This document shows, one piece after another, positions 9,361-19,043 of a stretch of DNA of 64,000 nt; position 1 is the first letter of the stretch; the number at the start of each line of letters is the position of its first letter. The stretch is from Chlamydiales bacterium (lineage in GTDB: Bacteria; Chlamydiota; Chlamydiia; Chlamydiales; Rhabdochlamydiaceae): assembly GCA_016185065.1 (NCBI GenBank), contig JACPOL010000003.1, positions 113,609 through 177,608 on the forward strand. Reading direction: 5' to 3'. Both the position numbers and the translations under genes were made by a program. The notes beneath the pieces were generated by a model that did not search any database, was not told where the DNA came from, and saw only the letters and a program-made list of their open reading frames with translations.

Positions 9361-10363
9361 AAAAACATTCTCTGCCCAGCTAGCAGAGTATGAGAAAAAA
9401 GGAGAGCTAACCCCCAAGCTTAAACAGATCTTGGAGAGCTTCTATCTCTGCTATAAAGAGGCGGTCAAGAAGGGGGTAAGTGGCACTTTCGATCAAGAGG
9501 AGCTCTTTCTGGTCTTTTTAGATCTGGTCAGAGCTCAGATCGCCTCTCCTTTTACATTTGCTCCCTACCATGAGCATATCCGTAAGCCTTTTGATTACTA
9601 TAAATTCGGAAATGAGTTTGCACGTCCTCTCATAGACTTTCCCCACTCCTCAGTCCACGGCCTTGCTCACGCAGATGAAGCGGTCCGTCTCTTGAAAAAT
9701 AATGAGAATGTGATTTTTCTCGCTAACCACCAGACGGAAGCCGATCCCCAGGCTATCAGCCTGCTGCTCGAGAAGAGCCACCCTCTTCTCGCAGAAGAGA
9801 TGATCTTTGTCGCAGGTGAGCGCGTTGTCACCGACCCTCTAGCCATCCCCTTCAGCATGGGACGCAACCTCCTCTGCATCTACTCAAAAAGGTACATTGA
9901 CCATCCCCCAGAAGATAAAGCTCTGAAACAGCAGCACAACAAACGCACCATGCAGCTCATGAGCGAGCTTCTAAGCCAAGGAGGCAGGAGCATCTACGTT
10001 GCTCCAAGCGGCGGTAGAGATCGCAAAAACGCTGCAGGCGTTGTCGAAGTGGCTGCATTCGACCCTCAGAGCATTGAGATGTTCTATCTCATGGCTCAAA
10101 GAGCAGGCAGACCCACCCACTTCTATCCATTGACACTAGCAACCTATGATCTTCTCCCTCCCCCTGCCGATATCCAGATTGAACTCGGAGAGGTCCGAGT
10201 GACACAACTCGCTGACATCCACCTCTCTTTTGGCGCGAAGATCGATATGGACCATTTTCCTGGTTCCGACATGAGCGACAAGCATGAGCGAAGAAAAATG
10301 CGAGCCAATTATATTTGGAATCTAGTAAAAGAAGATTATGAAAAAATTACTCGCACTCGTTAG
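9338..10363 (+). CDS. plsB: Glycerol-3-phosphate 1-O-acyltransferase, soluble plant/plastid (ATS1) type
   Basis: 341 aa. The acyltransferase H(X)4D box reads FLANHQTEADP, as in plastid GPAT and the chlamydial homologue. Confidence 0.75.
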   Translation: MENRSKPEKTFSAQLAEYEKKGELTPKLKQILESFYLCYKEAVKKGVSGTFDQEELFLVFLDLVRAQIASPFTFAPYHEHIRKPFDYYKFGNEFARPLIDFPHSSVHGLAHADEAVRLLKNNENVIFLANHQTEADPQAISLLLEKSHPLLAEEMIFVAGERVVTDPLAIPFSMGRNLLCIYSKRYIDHPPEDKALKQQHNKRTMQLMSELLSQGGRSIYVAPSGGRDRKNAAGVVEVAAFDPQSIEMFYLMAQRAGRPTHFYPLTLATYDLLPPPADIQIELGEVRVTQLADIHLSFGAKIDMDHFPGSDMSDKHERRKMRANYIWNLVKEDYEKITRTR

Positions 10364-13262
10364 CTCTTTTGAAATCCTGGTTTCTCCTCTAGTTTTTGCG
10401 GACTCAACCGCACAAAAAACACTTCAGGGTCTAGATTACCAGACAGTCCAAAACCAGATCTCCTACCCGATCTTAAACCCCTCCCTGCGCGGTAGGGCTG
10501 TTGAAAAGATTCAACTTAAGAATGGTTTACAGGTCTACCTTATCTCCGATCCGGACGCTAAGCAGTCTGCTGCTGGTCTCTGTGTCGAAGCTGGCTCTTG
10601 GAACGACCCGAAGGAGTTTGCCGGCATGGCTCACTTCTGCGAGCATATGCTCTTTATGGGAAATAAGGCCTATCCCAGTGAGTTCGAGTACATGCAGTAT
10701 ATTGCAGACCATGGAGGCAAGGTCAATGCTTCCACATGGCCCGACCGCACGATCTACATGTTCTCTGTCAATAATGATTCTTTCGAAGGCGCTTTAGACC
10801 GCTTCTCCCACTTCTTCATCGACCCTCTCTTTCTCACCTCCTGCATTCAGCGCGAGCTCCATGCAGTCGATCAAGAACACGCCAAGAATATCGAGCACGA
10901 TGGCTGGCGCCAGTATATGGTCTTCAAAGAGACGGGAAATCCCCTTCATCCAAACGCCTCCTTCTCGACAGGAAATGCGAAAACTCTGGGACATATCCCT
11001 CAAGAAGCTTTAAAGAAGTGGTACGACACTCACTATAGCTCAGATAAGATGCATCTTGTCGTCCTCTCTCCCCTTTCTATTCAAGAGCTCACTCCACTTG
11101 TTGCCTCTACATTTTCTCAGGTGCCTGTGCGTGAGAACCTCGACAGGCCGCTTCCTGAACAGGTGACCTCTCCTCAGCAGCGCGGCCACATGATCTACCT
11201 CAAGCCCGTGAAGGATCTCAAAGCCCTCTCTATGATGTGGGAGATCCCCTCGGTGCTTTCAGACATAGAACAGCGTTCGATGGTCTCTCTCGTGAGCTAT
11301 GTGCTTGGTAATGAGACAAAAAACAGCCTACTCGAGCAGTTAAAGCGCGAAAAATTGGCCGACTCGATAAGAGCAGGCACGGATCTACAGACAAGAGGAA
11401 AAATTCTCTTCACAATAGATATTGATCTGACCGCTCAAGGCGTCGCCCAGGCCGACATCGTGATTGCTCGCGTATTTCAAACGCTGAGCCGGTTAAAAGA
11501 GCAGGGCATCCCTTCTCAACTCTTTGAAGAGATGAAGAAAATGGCTGTGCTCTCTTATCAGTACCAGTCGCGTGAAGATGCATTTCAATTCATCTCTAAG
11601 CAGGCTCATGACATTCTCGATGAGGATCTCACAACCTACCCTGAAAAGACTCTTATTCCAACTCAGTACGATTCGAGCTATCTCTCCCAATTTCTAAGAA
11701 CGCTCACCCCTGAAAGCTGCATCTACTTCCTTCAGGCAGACCCTGAGAAAACAGGTGTGCAGCCCGATAGAAGAGAGAAGTGGATGAACGCGGAATATGC
11801 GATTAGAGAGGTCCCTCAAAACAAGTTAACTGCGTGGAGCAAGATCTCACCTCATCCGCAGATCGGTTTGCCTAGACAGAATCCCTTTCTCCCCGATTTC
11901 TCTAACTTTGCGATAGGCCAAGAGGTCGATGAGTCGACCGTAATCCCAACGCTTCTTGCTGATGATAGAGCCGGAAAGCTCTACCATGCCACTGACAGAC
12001 GCTACCTCGTTCCTGAGATGTTCGCCTCATTCGCTCTTAAAACCTCTCAGATCGATGGAAGCGCCAAGGCAGCAGCTCTGTCTGACCTCTATATTCGAGC
12101 ACTCACAGAGAAGCTCTCATCGACGATCTGGTATGCGCAAACAGCAGGCATGGAGCCGCAATTTGGAATTCAGGACCTTAAATTTGTCGTCCACCTATCC
12201 GGCTACCATTTTAAAGCGCCTCTACTGTTAAAAGAGATCTTCCGTAGTCTCAAAGAGGTCCATCCAACTAAAGAGGAGTTCGAACTCTATAGGCAGACCC
12301 TCTTAAGCAACTATGAGAATGGAACGAAAGAGCTTCCTCTTCTGCAAGCCCGCGAGCTCCTGGATAGCATCCTCTACAACGATGCTGCAACTTCAAGTGA
12401 AAAACTCCAGGCACTTAAAACGCTTTCATACGACGAGTTTATCTCATTTTCTAAGACCCTCTTTAAGAGCACCTATATCGAAGGTCTCGTCTATGGAAAT
12501 TTAGAAAATCATCAGGTTAAAAGCCTCTGGGAAGAGCTCAAAGGAGGCCTCGGATCTACCCCTCTTGCTGCCTCTATGCAGCAGAAGAAGCAGCTTCTTC
12601 TCCTCCCTGAAAAACGCGGACCCTATCTCGTCTCCCAAACGACCCCTCGCCAAGGAAATGGCGTTATTCTTGTGTTAGAGGAAGGACCTTTCAGTTTTGA
12701 AAAAAGAGCGGCCCAAGAGATCCTTGGCATCACGCTTCATGAAGCCTTCTTCGACACCCTTCGAACCAAACAGCAGACAGCCTACATCGCAAAAGCTTGG
12801 CCAGTTGAAAAAGAGAAGCAGCTGATGCAGTTCTTTGCTGTTCAGTCGAGCACACACCACCCAAGCGATCTGATTGCTCGCTTTGAACTCTTTTTGGAAA
12901 ATTTCGTAAAAATGTTTCCAGAGAACATCTCTCCTGAACGCTTTGAAGAGCTCAAGCAGATGCTCACAACAACTCTTCAAATGCCTCCCGAAAACCTCTA
13001 CATGATGGGCCAGAGGCTGAACAAGTTTGCCTTCGAATATGATGGCGACTTCTCATGGATCGATAAGAGGATCGGTGCCGTATCTACCTTGACGTACGAA
13101 AAGCTGAACTTCTTCGCAAAAGAGTTCCTTTCAAGAAACAACTTAAGACGTCTCGCAGTGCTTATGGAAGGCGTCCTAAACCGAGAGAACGACTTCCACT
13201 ATGAGCAGATCTCTAAAGAGGATATCTGCGACCTTGGCGTCTACATCTCCTCCGCTCAATAA
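10338..13262 (+). CDS. Secreted M16-family zinc metalloprotease (insulinase/pitrilysin-like)
   Basis: 974 aa. Signal peptide. Inverted zinc motif HxxEH (HFCEHMLF). Length and four-domain size are typical of pitrilysin/IDE. Confidence 0.85.
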   Translation: MKKLLALVSSFEILVSPLVFADSTAQKTLQGLDYQTVQNQISYPILNPSLRGRAVEKIQLKNGLQVYLISDPDAKQSAAGLCVEAGSWNDPKEFAGMAHFCEHMLFMGNKAYPSEFEYMQYIADHGGKVNASTWPDRTIYMFSVNNDSFEGALDRFSHFFIDPLFLTSCIQRELHAVDQEHAKNIEHDGWRQYMVFKETGNPLHPNASFSTGNAKTLGHIPQEALKKWYDTHYSSDKMHLVVLSPLSIQELTPLVASTFSQVPVRENLDRPLPEQVTSPQQRGHMIYLKPVKDLKALSMMWEIPSVLSDIEQRSMVSLVSYVLGNETKNSLLEQLKREKLADSIRAGTDLQTRGKILFTIDIDLTAQGVAQADIVIARVFQTLSRLKEQGIPSQLFEEMKKMAVLSYQYQSREDAFQFISKQAHDILDEDLTTYPEKTLIPTQYDSSYLSQFLRTLTPESCIYFLQADPEKTGVQPDRREKWMNAEYAIREVPQNKLTAWSKISPHPQIGLPRQNPFLPDFSNFAIGQEVDESTVIPTLLADDRAGKLYHATDRRYLVPEMFASFALKTSQIDGSAKAAALSDLYIRALTEKLSSTIWYAQTAGMEPQFGIQDLKFVVHLSGYHFKAPLLLKEIFRSLKEVHPTKEEFELYRQTLLSNYENGTKELPLLQARELLDSILYNDAATSSEKLQALKTLSYDEFISFSKTLFKSTYIEGLVYGNLENHQVKSLWEELKGGLGSTPLAASMQQKKQLLLLPEKRGPYLVSQTTPRQGNGVILVLEEGPFSFEKRAAQEILGITLHEAFFDTLRTKQQTAYIAKAWPVEKEKQLMQFFAVQSSTHHPSDLIARFELFLENFVKMFPENISPERFEELKQMLTTTLQMPPENLYMMGQRLNKFAFEYDGDFSWIDKRIGAVSTLTYEKLNFFAKEFLSRNNLRRLAVLMEGVLNRENDFHYEQISKEDICDLGVYISSAQ

Positions 13263-13417
13263 AAGAAGAGCGCTCGGAGGAGAAATGGACAAAAGTGGAC
13301 GAGGTGGACACGCGCTGAAAAAAGAAAGAGACTCTCTTTTCCCTCTTTCTTGCCCGCCTGTCCACTTCGTCCACTTCCTGTCCACTTAGTCCATTTTCTT
13401 AGAGCGGGTCTTCTTCC
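13263..13417. repeat. Long imperfect palindrome containing GTGGAC/GTCCAC iterons
   Basis: Left arm aagaagagcgctc..aatggacaaaagtggacgaggtggaca. Right arm tgtccacttcgtccacttcctgtccacttagtccatt..gagcgggtcttctt. Centre gaaagagactctctttc. It lies between convergent genes. Confidence 0.85.
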
Positions 13418-13430
13418 GCTTGTCGAAAAA

Positions 13431-14699
13431 TTAAATGGGGGTGCTGTCCTTCTTTCTTCCCAGAGTAATGTAGTATTGAGAGATAAGCCCGATAAGAGCT
13501 ACCCCCATGAGCACAAATGCAGGAGCAATTAGCGCCTGAGTCTTTTGGATTAAAGAGAACGCAAGTAGAGGCGTCACACCGCCAAAAAGAGCGTTGCACA
13601 TGTTATAGCTCATCGCTACGCAGGTGAAGCGAACTGAGGTCGGAAAGAGAGTGCAGATGATGGCTGGCAAGAGAGCAAACTGCGCCGAGATAAAGAGAAT
13701 AAGTAGAATATGAAAGAAGAGCGCTAGGACAAGCGAGTACTGGATTGCAAAAGTATAAAAGGGAAAGGCGAGTATAAGTGTCCCGAGAGCGCTAATAAGA
13801 AGCAGCTTCCGCATGTCGTAGCGATCCCCTAATCTCCCTACAATTGGCATCAATATGTTAGAAAAGATGAGAAATCCCACATTGGTGAGCATTGCAGAGT
13901 GAAAGCTCATCTCTAAGATCTGAGAGAAGTAGAGAGGGGTGAAAACAAAAATCAGATACCAGCCAGAGAGAGGGAGGATAGACAGGAGAAAAGCCTTTAA
14001 TAGCGCCTTCCTATGTGTGTGCAGCGACTCAAAAAGAGGTTTTCCTACAAGATGATGCTTCTCTTTGATCTCTTCAAATGCTGGAGTCTCTGCCAGTCGC
14101 TTACGCAAGTACCAGCCGCTAAGACCCAATAGCCCCCCAACGAGAAAGGAGAGCCGCCAGCCCCAAGAGGCGAAACTCTCTGGAGACATAAAGAGCTTAA
14201 TCACCAGAAACTCCAGTGAGCTCAAAATGGAGCCTACTTGTGAACCAAAAAAGCTAAAACTACCATAGAAGCCGCGCTGGTTAGGCGGGGCCATCTCTAT
14301 GAGATAGCAGATCGCGCCCGGAAACTCTCCACCAGTAGGAAATCCCTGCAAAAAGCGCATGAGCAGAAGAAGAAGCGGGGCGGCCACACCAATCACAGCG
14401 TATGTAGGAAGAAGGCCAATCATGAAGGTGGGAATTGCCATTAATGTGAGCGACATCAGAAGAGCCACTCTTCGTCCCAATCTATCGCCAATATGACCAA
14501 AGAAGATCCCCCCAAGCGGCCTAGATAAGAAGCCGACGGCGAAGATCATAAAAGTCTGTGTGAGGGAATCGATGAAATCGAGCTCAGGAAAAAAGAGCAT
14601 CGCAAAAAGAGGAGTGAAATGCACGTAGAGTGAAAATTCATACCACTCTAGAGCATTTAAGATGATACTCGCCCCAATTTTTCTAGAGTGTGCTCTCAT
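13431..14699 (-). CDS. MFS transporter, metabolite:H+ symporter (ProP-like) family
   Basis: 422 aa, about 12 hydrophobic segments, MHS-type loop motif GHIGDRLGRR. Confidence 0.8.
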   Translation of the reverse strand: MRAHSRKIGASIILNALEWYEFSLYVHFTPLFAMLFFPELDFIDSLTQTFMIFAVGFLSRPLGGIFFGHIGDRLGRRVALLMSLTLMAIPTFMIGLLPTYAVIGVAAPLLLLLMRFLQGFPTGGEFPGAICYLIEMAPPNQRGFYGSFSFFGSQVGSILSSLEFLVIKLFMSPESFASWGWRLSFLVGGLLGLSGWYLRKRLAETPAFEEIKEKHHLVGKPLFESLHTHRKALLKAFLLSILPLSGWYLIFVFTPLYFSQILEMSFHSAMLTNVGFLIFSNILMPIVGRLGDRYDMRKLLLISALGTLILAFPFYTFAIQYSLVLALFFHILLILFISAQFALLPAIICTLFPTSVRFTCVAMSYNMCNALFGGVTPLLAFSLIQKTQALIAPAFVLMGVALIGLISQYYITLGRKKDSTPI

Positions 14700-14700
14700 C

Positions 14701-16005
14701 CTATATCATCGATTTTACAAGATCCAAAACATTCTGTTTAAACGAAGGAAGCCGGAAATCTCCTCTTGCAGAGGGAGACTGGGTCGTCTGGTTAAGCAGC
14801 GAGACCGCCTTTGTGCTGAGTTCAGAGAGATCGCAGAAGGCGTCTCCCAAATTATGCTTCTTCACAAATGCGACGTTAAAGCTCTCCCACCAGATGTGTC
14901 TCGCCGAAGAGTTTTCAGTATTGTCGAGCAGAAGTCTCTTTCCAAGATAGATCGCTTCATTCACAGAGCAGGAGCCGGTCTTTGTAATGATCAGGTCCGA
15001 GCAGGCCATGATCTCGACAACCTCTTTAGTAAATGTGCGGAGGTGAATATAGACCTTATCGCGGGTGAGCATCGTAGTATACGCATCGCACTGGTAGGCC
15101 ACTTCTCCCCCATTTTGCAAAATCCACTCTTTAATCTTATTTGCGATATTGCGGTTTCTTCCCACGCATACGTTAAGCTGGTAGCTCTGTCCCGTTGAAG
15201 TGGTAAGTGGAAGGTTCGAGAGCTGTTGGGCGTAGTGGAGAATCGTGTCTCCTCCTTCCGCGCCCATGATGATGGTTAAAGTTGGCATCCCCTCTTTCAG
15301 ACCATGTTTTATCCTCAAAGCAGAGAGCTCCTCTTCTGTGTACTTCTTCTGGCACGCCGGACGCACAGGGAAGCCAGTTACATGCAGGTGTTTAGTCTTG
15401 AGACGCCCCTCTCTTACAGCTTTAAGCTGCAGATCTGGATCGTCATAGGGAAGAGCCACCGCGAGTTTTGCGTTCTCTTTTACCTCTACATCGTCCATCC
15501 CCAGCAGAAAAGTTTCGCAATCTAGATCTGTGGGCAGAATGACAAAGGGCACGCCTGCGTTTTGCGCAGATTCAAAAAGGGGGGCATTGACCATTGGGAA
15601 AGTAGAGATAATAAGCGACGGTCTATCGCTTCCACACCTCACGAGATACTTATCGAAGAGCTTTCTTACACGTTTCATCTTCGAACGCATGTAGTAGGTG
15701 CCGACATGACAGAAGAGAACTTTTATAAAGCAGTGGTGGCCCTTTCTTAACATGAAGTTATAGAGATCTTCTCCAGTAAATCGGCCAAAAGTGAGAACGC
15801 TTAGTCCATCAATTGGACGAAGCATGTCAACCAGTGGATTTACAACTTCTACATCGTAGATGCCGCCTAAAATCTCTTTTAAGGACTCTCCTGCTGCTTT
15901 GTGACCGCCTCCACCATAGCTAATAAGAACGAGGATTTTCTTCTTTTTTACAGACTCTGTTTTCAGAGTCGATTCAGTCGCATACGTCATATTTTCTACT
16001 GCCAT
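14701..16005 (-). CDS. GT28-type glycosyltransferase (MGDG-synthase / diacylglycerol glycosyltransferase-like)
   Basis: N-terminal KKILVLISYGGGGHKAAGESL is the MGDG_synth/UgtP signature. I chose the ATG at 16005 (alternative 15990). The track start at 16068 would overlap the upstream gene by 73 nt. Confidence 0.6.
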   Translation of the reverse strand: MAVENMTYATESTLKTESVKKKKILVLISYGGGGHKAAGESLKEILGGIYDVEVVNPLVDMLRPIDGLSVLTFGRFTGEDLYNFMLRKGHHCFIKVLFCHVGTYYMRSKMKRVRKLFDKYLVRCGSDRPSLIISTFPMVNAPLFESAQNAGVPFVILPTDLDCETFLLGMDDVEVKENAKLAVALPYDDPDLQLKAVREGRLKTKHLHVTGFPVRPACQKKYTEEELSALRIKHGLKEGMPTLTIIMGAEGGDTILHYAQQLSNLPLTTSTGQSYQLNVCVGRNRNIANKIKEWILQNGGEVAYQCDAYTTMLTRDKVYIHLRTFTKEVVEIMACSDLIITKTGSCSVNEAIYLGKRLLLDNTENSSARHIWWESFNVAFVKKHNLGDAFCDLSELSTKAVSLLNQTTQSPSARGDFRLPSFKQNVLDLVKSMI

Positions 16006-18656
16006 GTGGTTGACATCCCTTGGTAGTGTCCAAGTTGCTGAATAAGCTTGGCGACAAGACCCGTCCATCCCGTCTGATGACTAGCACCAATTCCGCTGCC
16101 ATTGTCGCCATGAAAGTATTCGTTGAAAAGCAGGTGATCCTTCCAATAAGGATCATCCTGAAAGGTGGTATTTCCACCGTAGATAGGTCTGTGTCCGTTA
16201 GAGTCCATTAAAAACATGCGGACCAAGCGATTTGCGATTTCACTAGCGACCTCCCAAAGGGTCATCATTTTTCCAGAACCGGTGGGACACTCTACCTTAT
16301 ACTCATCGCCCAGATAGTAATGAAACTTCTGAAGTGATTCAATGATTAACATATTAAGAGGAAACCAGATCGGCCCGCGCCAGTTGGAATTCCCCCCGAA
16401 TAATCGGCTTGTCGATTCGGCTGGCTCGTAGGCCACGGTGTACTCGTGGGAGTTGAGCTTCAAAACATATGGGTGTTTTTCATGGTATTTAGATAGTGAG
16501 CGAATGCCGTAAGGGCTTAAAAACTCACTCTCATCCAGCATCTTCTCAAGCACCCGTTTTAGTCTCTCGCGGTTCATAATGGAGAAGAGCCTGCGCTCCT
16601 CGACACCAGTCGTGCGCATGCAGGCCACCTTGTCACAGAGGTCTAGACGGTTATCTAGAAACCATTCAAGTCGTTTGTTAAAACCCTTGAACTTTTCGAA
16701 AATCTCTTTTGGCACAGCAGCTACAGCGAAAAGAGGAACGATGCTTACCATCGAACGAACTTTGAGATGGTGGTGCGTTCCATCGGGAAGCATCAGCAGA
16801 TCGTAGTAGAAACCATCCTCTTCATCCCAAAGAGGAAGCCTGTCGCTGCTTTTGTGATTGATCGCATTTGAAATATAGAGAAAGTGCTCAAGAAACTTGC
16901 TGGCCATATCCTCATAGCTGGGATTTTCATGAGCGAGCTCCAGAGAAATTGTAAGCATATTCAGACAGTACATCCCCATCCAGCTCGTCGCATCTGATTG
17001 ATAGAGAGTCCCTCCATTTGGAAGATGCTCACTTCGGTTGAATACGCTGATATTATCCATTCCCAAAAAGCCGCCCTGAAAAATATTTCTCCCTTCGGCG
17101 TCTTTCCGGTTCACCCACCAGGTGAAATTCATCAGCAATTTCTGAAAGACTCTCTCGAGAAAAAATCTATCCTGATTGCCATGCAGCTTCTCTCCTATCT
17201 TATAAACTCGCCAGGTTGCCCATGCGTGTACTGGGGGGTTTACGTCTCCAAAAGACCACTCGTAAGCTGGCAGCTGACCATTCGGATGCATATACCATTC
17301 GCGCGTAAGCAGGAGGAGCTGCTTCTTCGCATATTCGGGATCGATCATCGCAAGCGGCAGCGTATGAAAGGCGGTATCCCAAGAAAAAAAGCCCGGATAC
17401 TCCCACTTATCGGGCGTAGAATGGACATCGTCATTGTAGATGTGCACCCAGTCGGCGTTTCTCCCGATCTTTCTCTTTGGCCTCTCTCCCAGTGCAAGAG
17501 GATCCCGACTTAACCAATCTTCCACTGCATAGTGGTAGAACTGCTTATTCCAGAGCATTCCCGCTAGCGCCTGCCTCTGAATTTGACGTAGCTCCTGCGT
17601 GAGATGAGGATCTGCAAGCTCCAGATAAAATGCGTCCGCCTCCTCCTTCCTCTTCTTCATCCACTCTTCAAACTTCTCAAAAGGACGTTTCACTCCCTTC
17701 TCGCTGGTAAGCCGCAGCTTAACTTCAATGGAAGCTCCGGGTGCAACCTCTCGTACGAAATGCAGCGCGCTCTTGGTGCCGCTGTGAGAGGGATTTATTG
17801 CCGTGGAATTTTTATGGATTAGATACTCGTGAAAGGCGTCTTTAACGTAGGGCGAGCTATTCGGTTTTCCGAAGAGCCGTTTAGCGTTTGTCTCATTCTC
17901 AGTAAATAGCGTTTGAGCGCCATCTTCAAAATAGAGAAAACGTCTTCCTAAATCTGGATGGATCGCCTCTAAACAGCCCCCTCCAGCCTTTATCAACGGT
18001 TTGTTGACCGGCTTTTCTGTCCAGGACCAGGTGTTACGGAACCAGAGAGTGGGAAGCAGATGGATCGTTTTTGCTACGTCGCCTCGATTCGCAATCGTAA
18101 TACGGATAAGCAGGTTCTCAGGAGACTCCTTGGCATATTCGATATCGATATCGAAATAGCGGCTCTTCTCGAAGATTCCCGTATCCAGAAGCTCATATTC
18201 GCGCTCGCTCTGCGTCCGCTTCTTATTCTCTTCAACGAGCTTCGCATAGGGAAAAGCAGCTTGAGGATACTTGTAGAGATAACGCATATAACTATGCGTT
18301 GGGGTGTTGTCGAGATAGAAGTAGTACTCCTTCACATCCTCGCCATGATTCCCCTCTTTTCCCGTTAGGCCAAAGAGACGCTCTTTGAGAATCGGATCCT
18401 CTCCATTCCAGAATGCGAGAGCAAAGCAGAGGCGCTGATGGTTATCGGAAATACCCGCAATTCCATCCTCTCCCCAGCGGTATGCACGCGAGCGCGCCTG
18501 GTCGTGCGTAAAGTAGCTCCACGCATCGCCATCTTCGCTATAATCCTCGCGCACAGTTGCCCACTGCCTTTCGCTGAGGTAGGGACCCCACCTGCGCCAG
18601 TGCTTCTCTAGCTTAGAGTCTTCCTCTAAACGTCTCTTCTCTTCCGACATATCCAT
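15996..18656 (-). CDS. GH63-like (alpha/alpha)6-barrel glycoside hydrolase (MGH1-like glucosidase)
   Basis: WRRWGPYLSERQWATVREDYS...AYRWGEDGIAGISD and GFFSWDTAFH motifs. I moved the start to Met34 (18656) because the first 33 track codons lie inside a nested palindrome. Confidence 0.6.
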   Translation of the reverse strand: MDMSEEKRRLEEDSKLEKHWRRWGPYLSERQWATVREDYSEDGDAWSYFTHDQARSRAYRWGEDGIAGISDNHQRLCFALAFWNGEDPILKERLFGLTGKEGNHGEDVKEYYFYLDNTPTHSYMRYLYKYPQAAFPYAKLVEENKKRTQSEREYELLDTGIFEKSRYFDIDIEYAKESPENLLIRITIANRGDVAKTIHLLPTLWFRNTWSWTEKPVNKPLIKAGGGCLEAIHPDLGRRFLYFEDGAQTLFTENETNAKRLFGKPNSSPYVKDAFHEYLIHKNSTAINPSHSGTKSALHFVREVAPGASIEVKLRLTSEKGVKRPFEKFEEWMKKRKEEADAFYLELADPHLTQELRQIQRQALAGMLWNKQFYHYAVEDWLSRDPLALGERPKRKIGRNADWVHIYNDDVHSTPDKWEYPGFFSWDTAFHTLPLAMIDPEYAKKQLLLLTREWYMHPNGQLPAYEWSFGDVNPPVHAWATWRVYKIGEKLHGNQDRFFLERVFQKLLMNFTWWVNRKDAEGRNIFQGGFLGMDNISVFNRSEHLPNGGTLYQSDATSWMGMYCLNMLTISLELAHENPSYEDMASKFLEHFLYISNAINHKSSDRLPLWDEEDGFYYDLLMLPDGTHHHLKVRSMVSIVPLFAVAAVPKEIFEKFKGFNKRLEWFLDNRLDLCDKVACMRTTGVEERRLFSIMNRERLKRVLEKMLDESEFLSPYGIRSLSKYHEKHPYVLKLNSHEYTVAYEPAESTSRLFGGNSNWRGPIWFPLNMLIIESLQKFHYYLGDEYKVECPTGSGKMMTLWEVASEIANRLVRMFLMDSNGHRPIYGGNTTFQDDPYWKDHLLFNEYFHGDNGSGIGASHQTGWTGLVAKLIQQLGHYQGMSTTWQ

Positions 18657-18667
18657 CCGTGTAGAAA

Positions 18668-18831
18668 TAGACCTCTTTCGAAATTTACTTTGTTCGGAAA
18701 AATTGAGGATTTTTGTGCAGATTTGCCGCAAAATTTTGACAGCATGTGTAAACACATGGTCGAAAAATTTTGTGGCAAAGATGCCAAAAAGACCAATTTT
18801 AACGAGCGAATGAAGTTTCGAAAGAGGTCTA
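18668..18831. repeat. Nested palindrome (about 164 bp) directly upstream of the GH63-like gene
   Basis: Outer arms tagacctctttcgaaa (18668-18683) and tttcgaaagaggtcta (18816-18831). Inner arms gcagatttgccgcaaaatttt and aaaattttgtggcaaagatgc. Core palindrome catgtgtaaacacatg. Confidence 0.8.
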
Positions 18832-18881
18832 AAGCCTGATATAGAGGATTAAAAAATTTTAATGATAGATCTTTTTAGATT

Positions 18882-19043
18882 AGAGGATGTCTACAAAGTC
18901 AGAAACTTTGATTTTTTAAGGTTTTTTGGCAGAATTTAAATTGTTTTTCGGAGGACATACTTGAGAAAGCAGACCAAGAAAGACAATTTATAGTCTGCCG
19001 AAAAGACTAAAAAAGCATGTTGCTGCCTTTGTAGACATCCTCT
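18882..19043. repeat. Second long hairpin element with a 17-bp perfect terminal inverted repeat
   Basis: agaggatgtctacaaag (18882-18898) is the exact reverse complement of ctttgtagacatcctct (19027-19043). The interior has further partial complementarity (ttttggcaga / tctgccgaaaa). Confidence 0.8.

Noticed and set aside
7489-13417. Possible CRISPR array, suggested by the short periodic repeats (GGCAC hexamers; GTCCACTT units).
   Set aside because: The repeat units are only 6-9 nt long, with no unique spacers of 25-40 nt. The units form complementary arms of palindromes. No cas genes are present in the window.
14662-15198. 178-aa plus-strand ORF, and similarly the 171-aa plus-strand ORF at 16998-17513.
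   Set aside because: Both are antisense to the GT28-like and GH63-like genes, which carry family motifs. Neither has motifs of its own.
18657-18755. The N-terminal 33 codons of the 919-aa track ORF (GH63-like).
   Set aside because: These codons are encoded by the nested palindrome at 18668-18831. Family homology begins right after Met34/Met36 (MDMSEEKRRLEEDSKLEKHWRRWGPY), so the start was moved to 18656.
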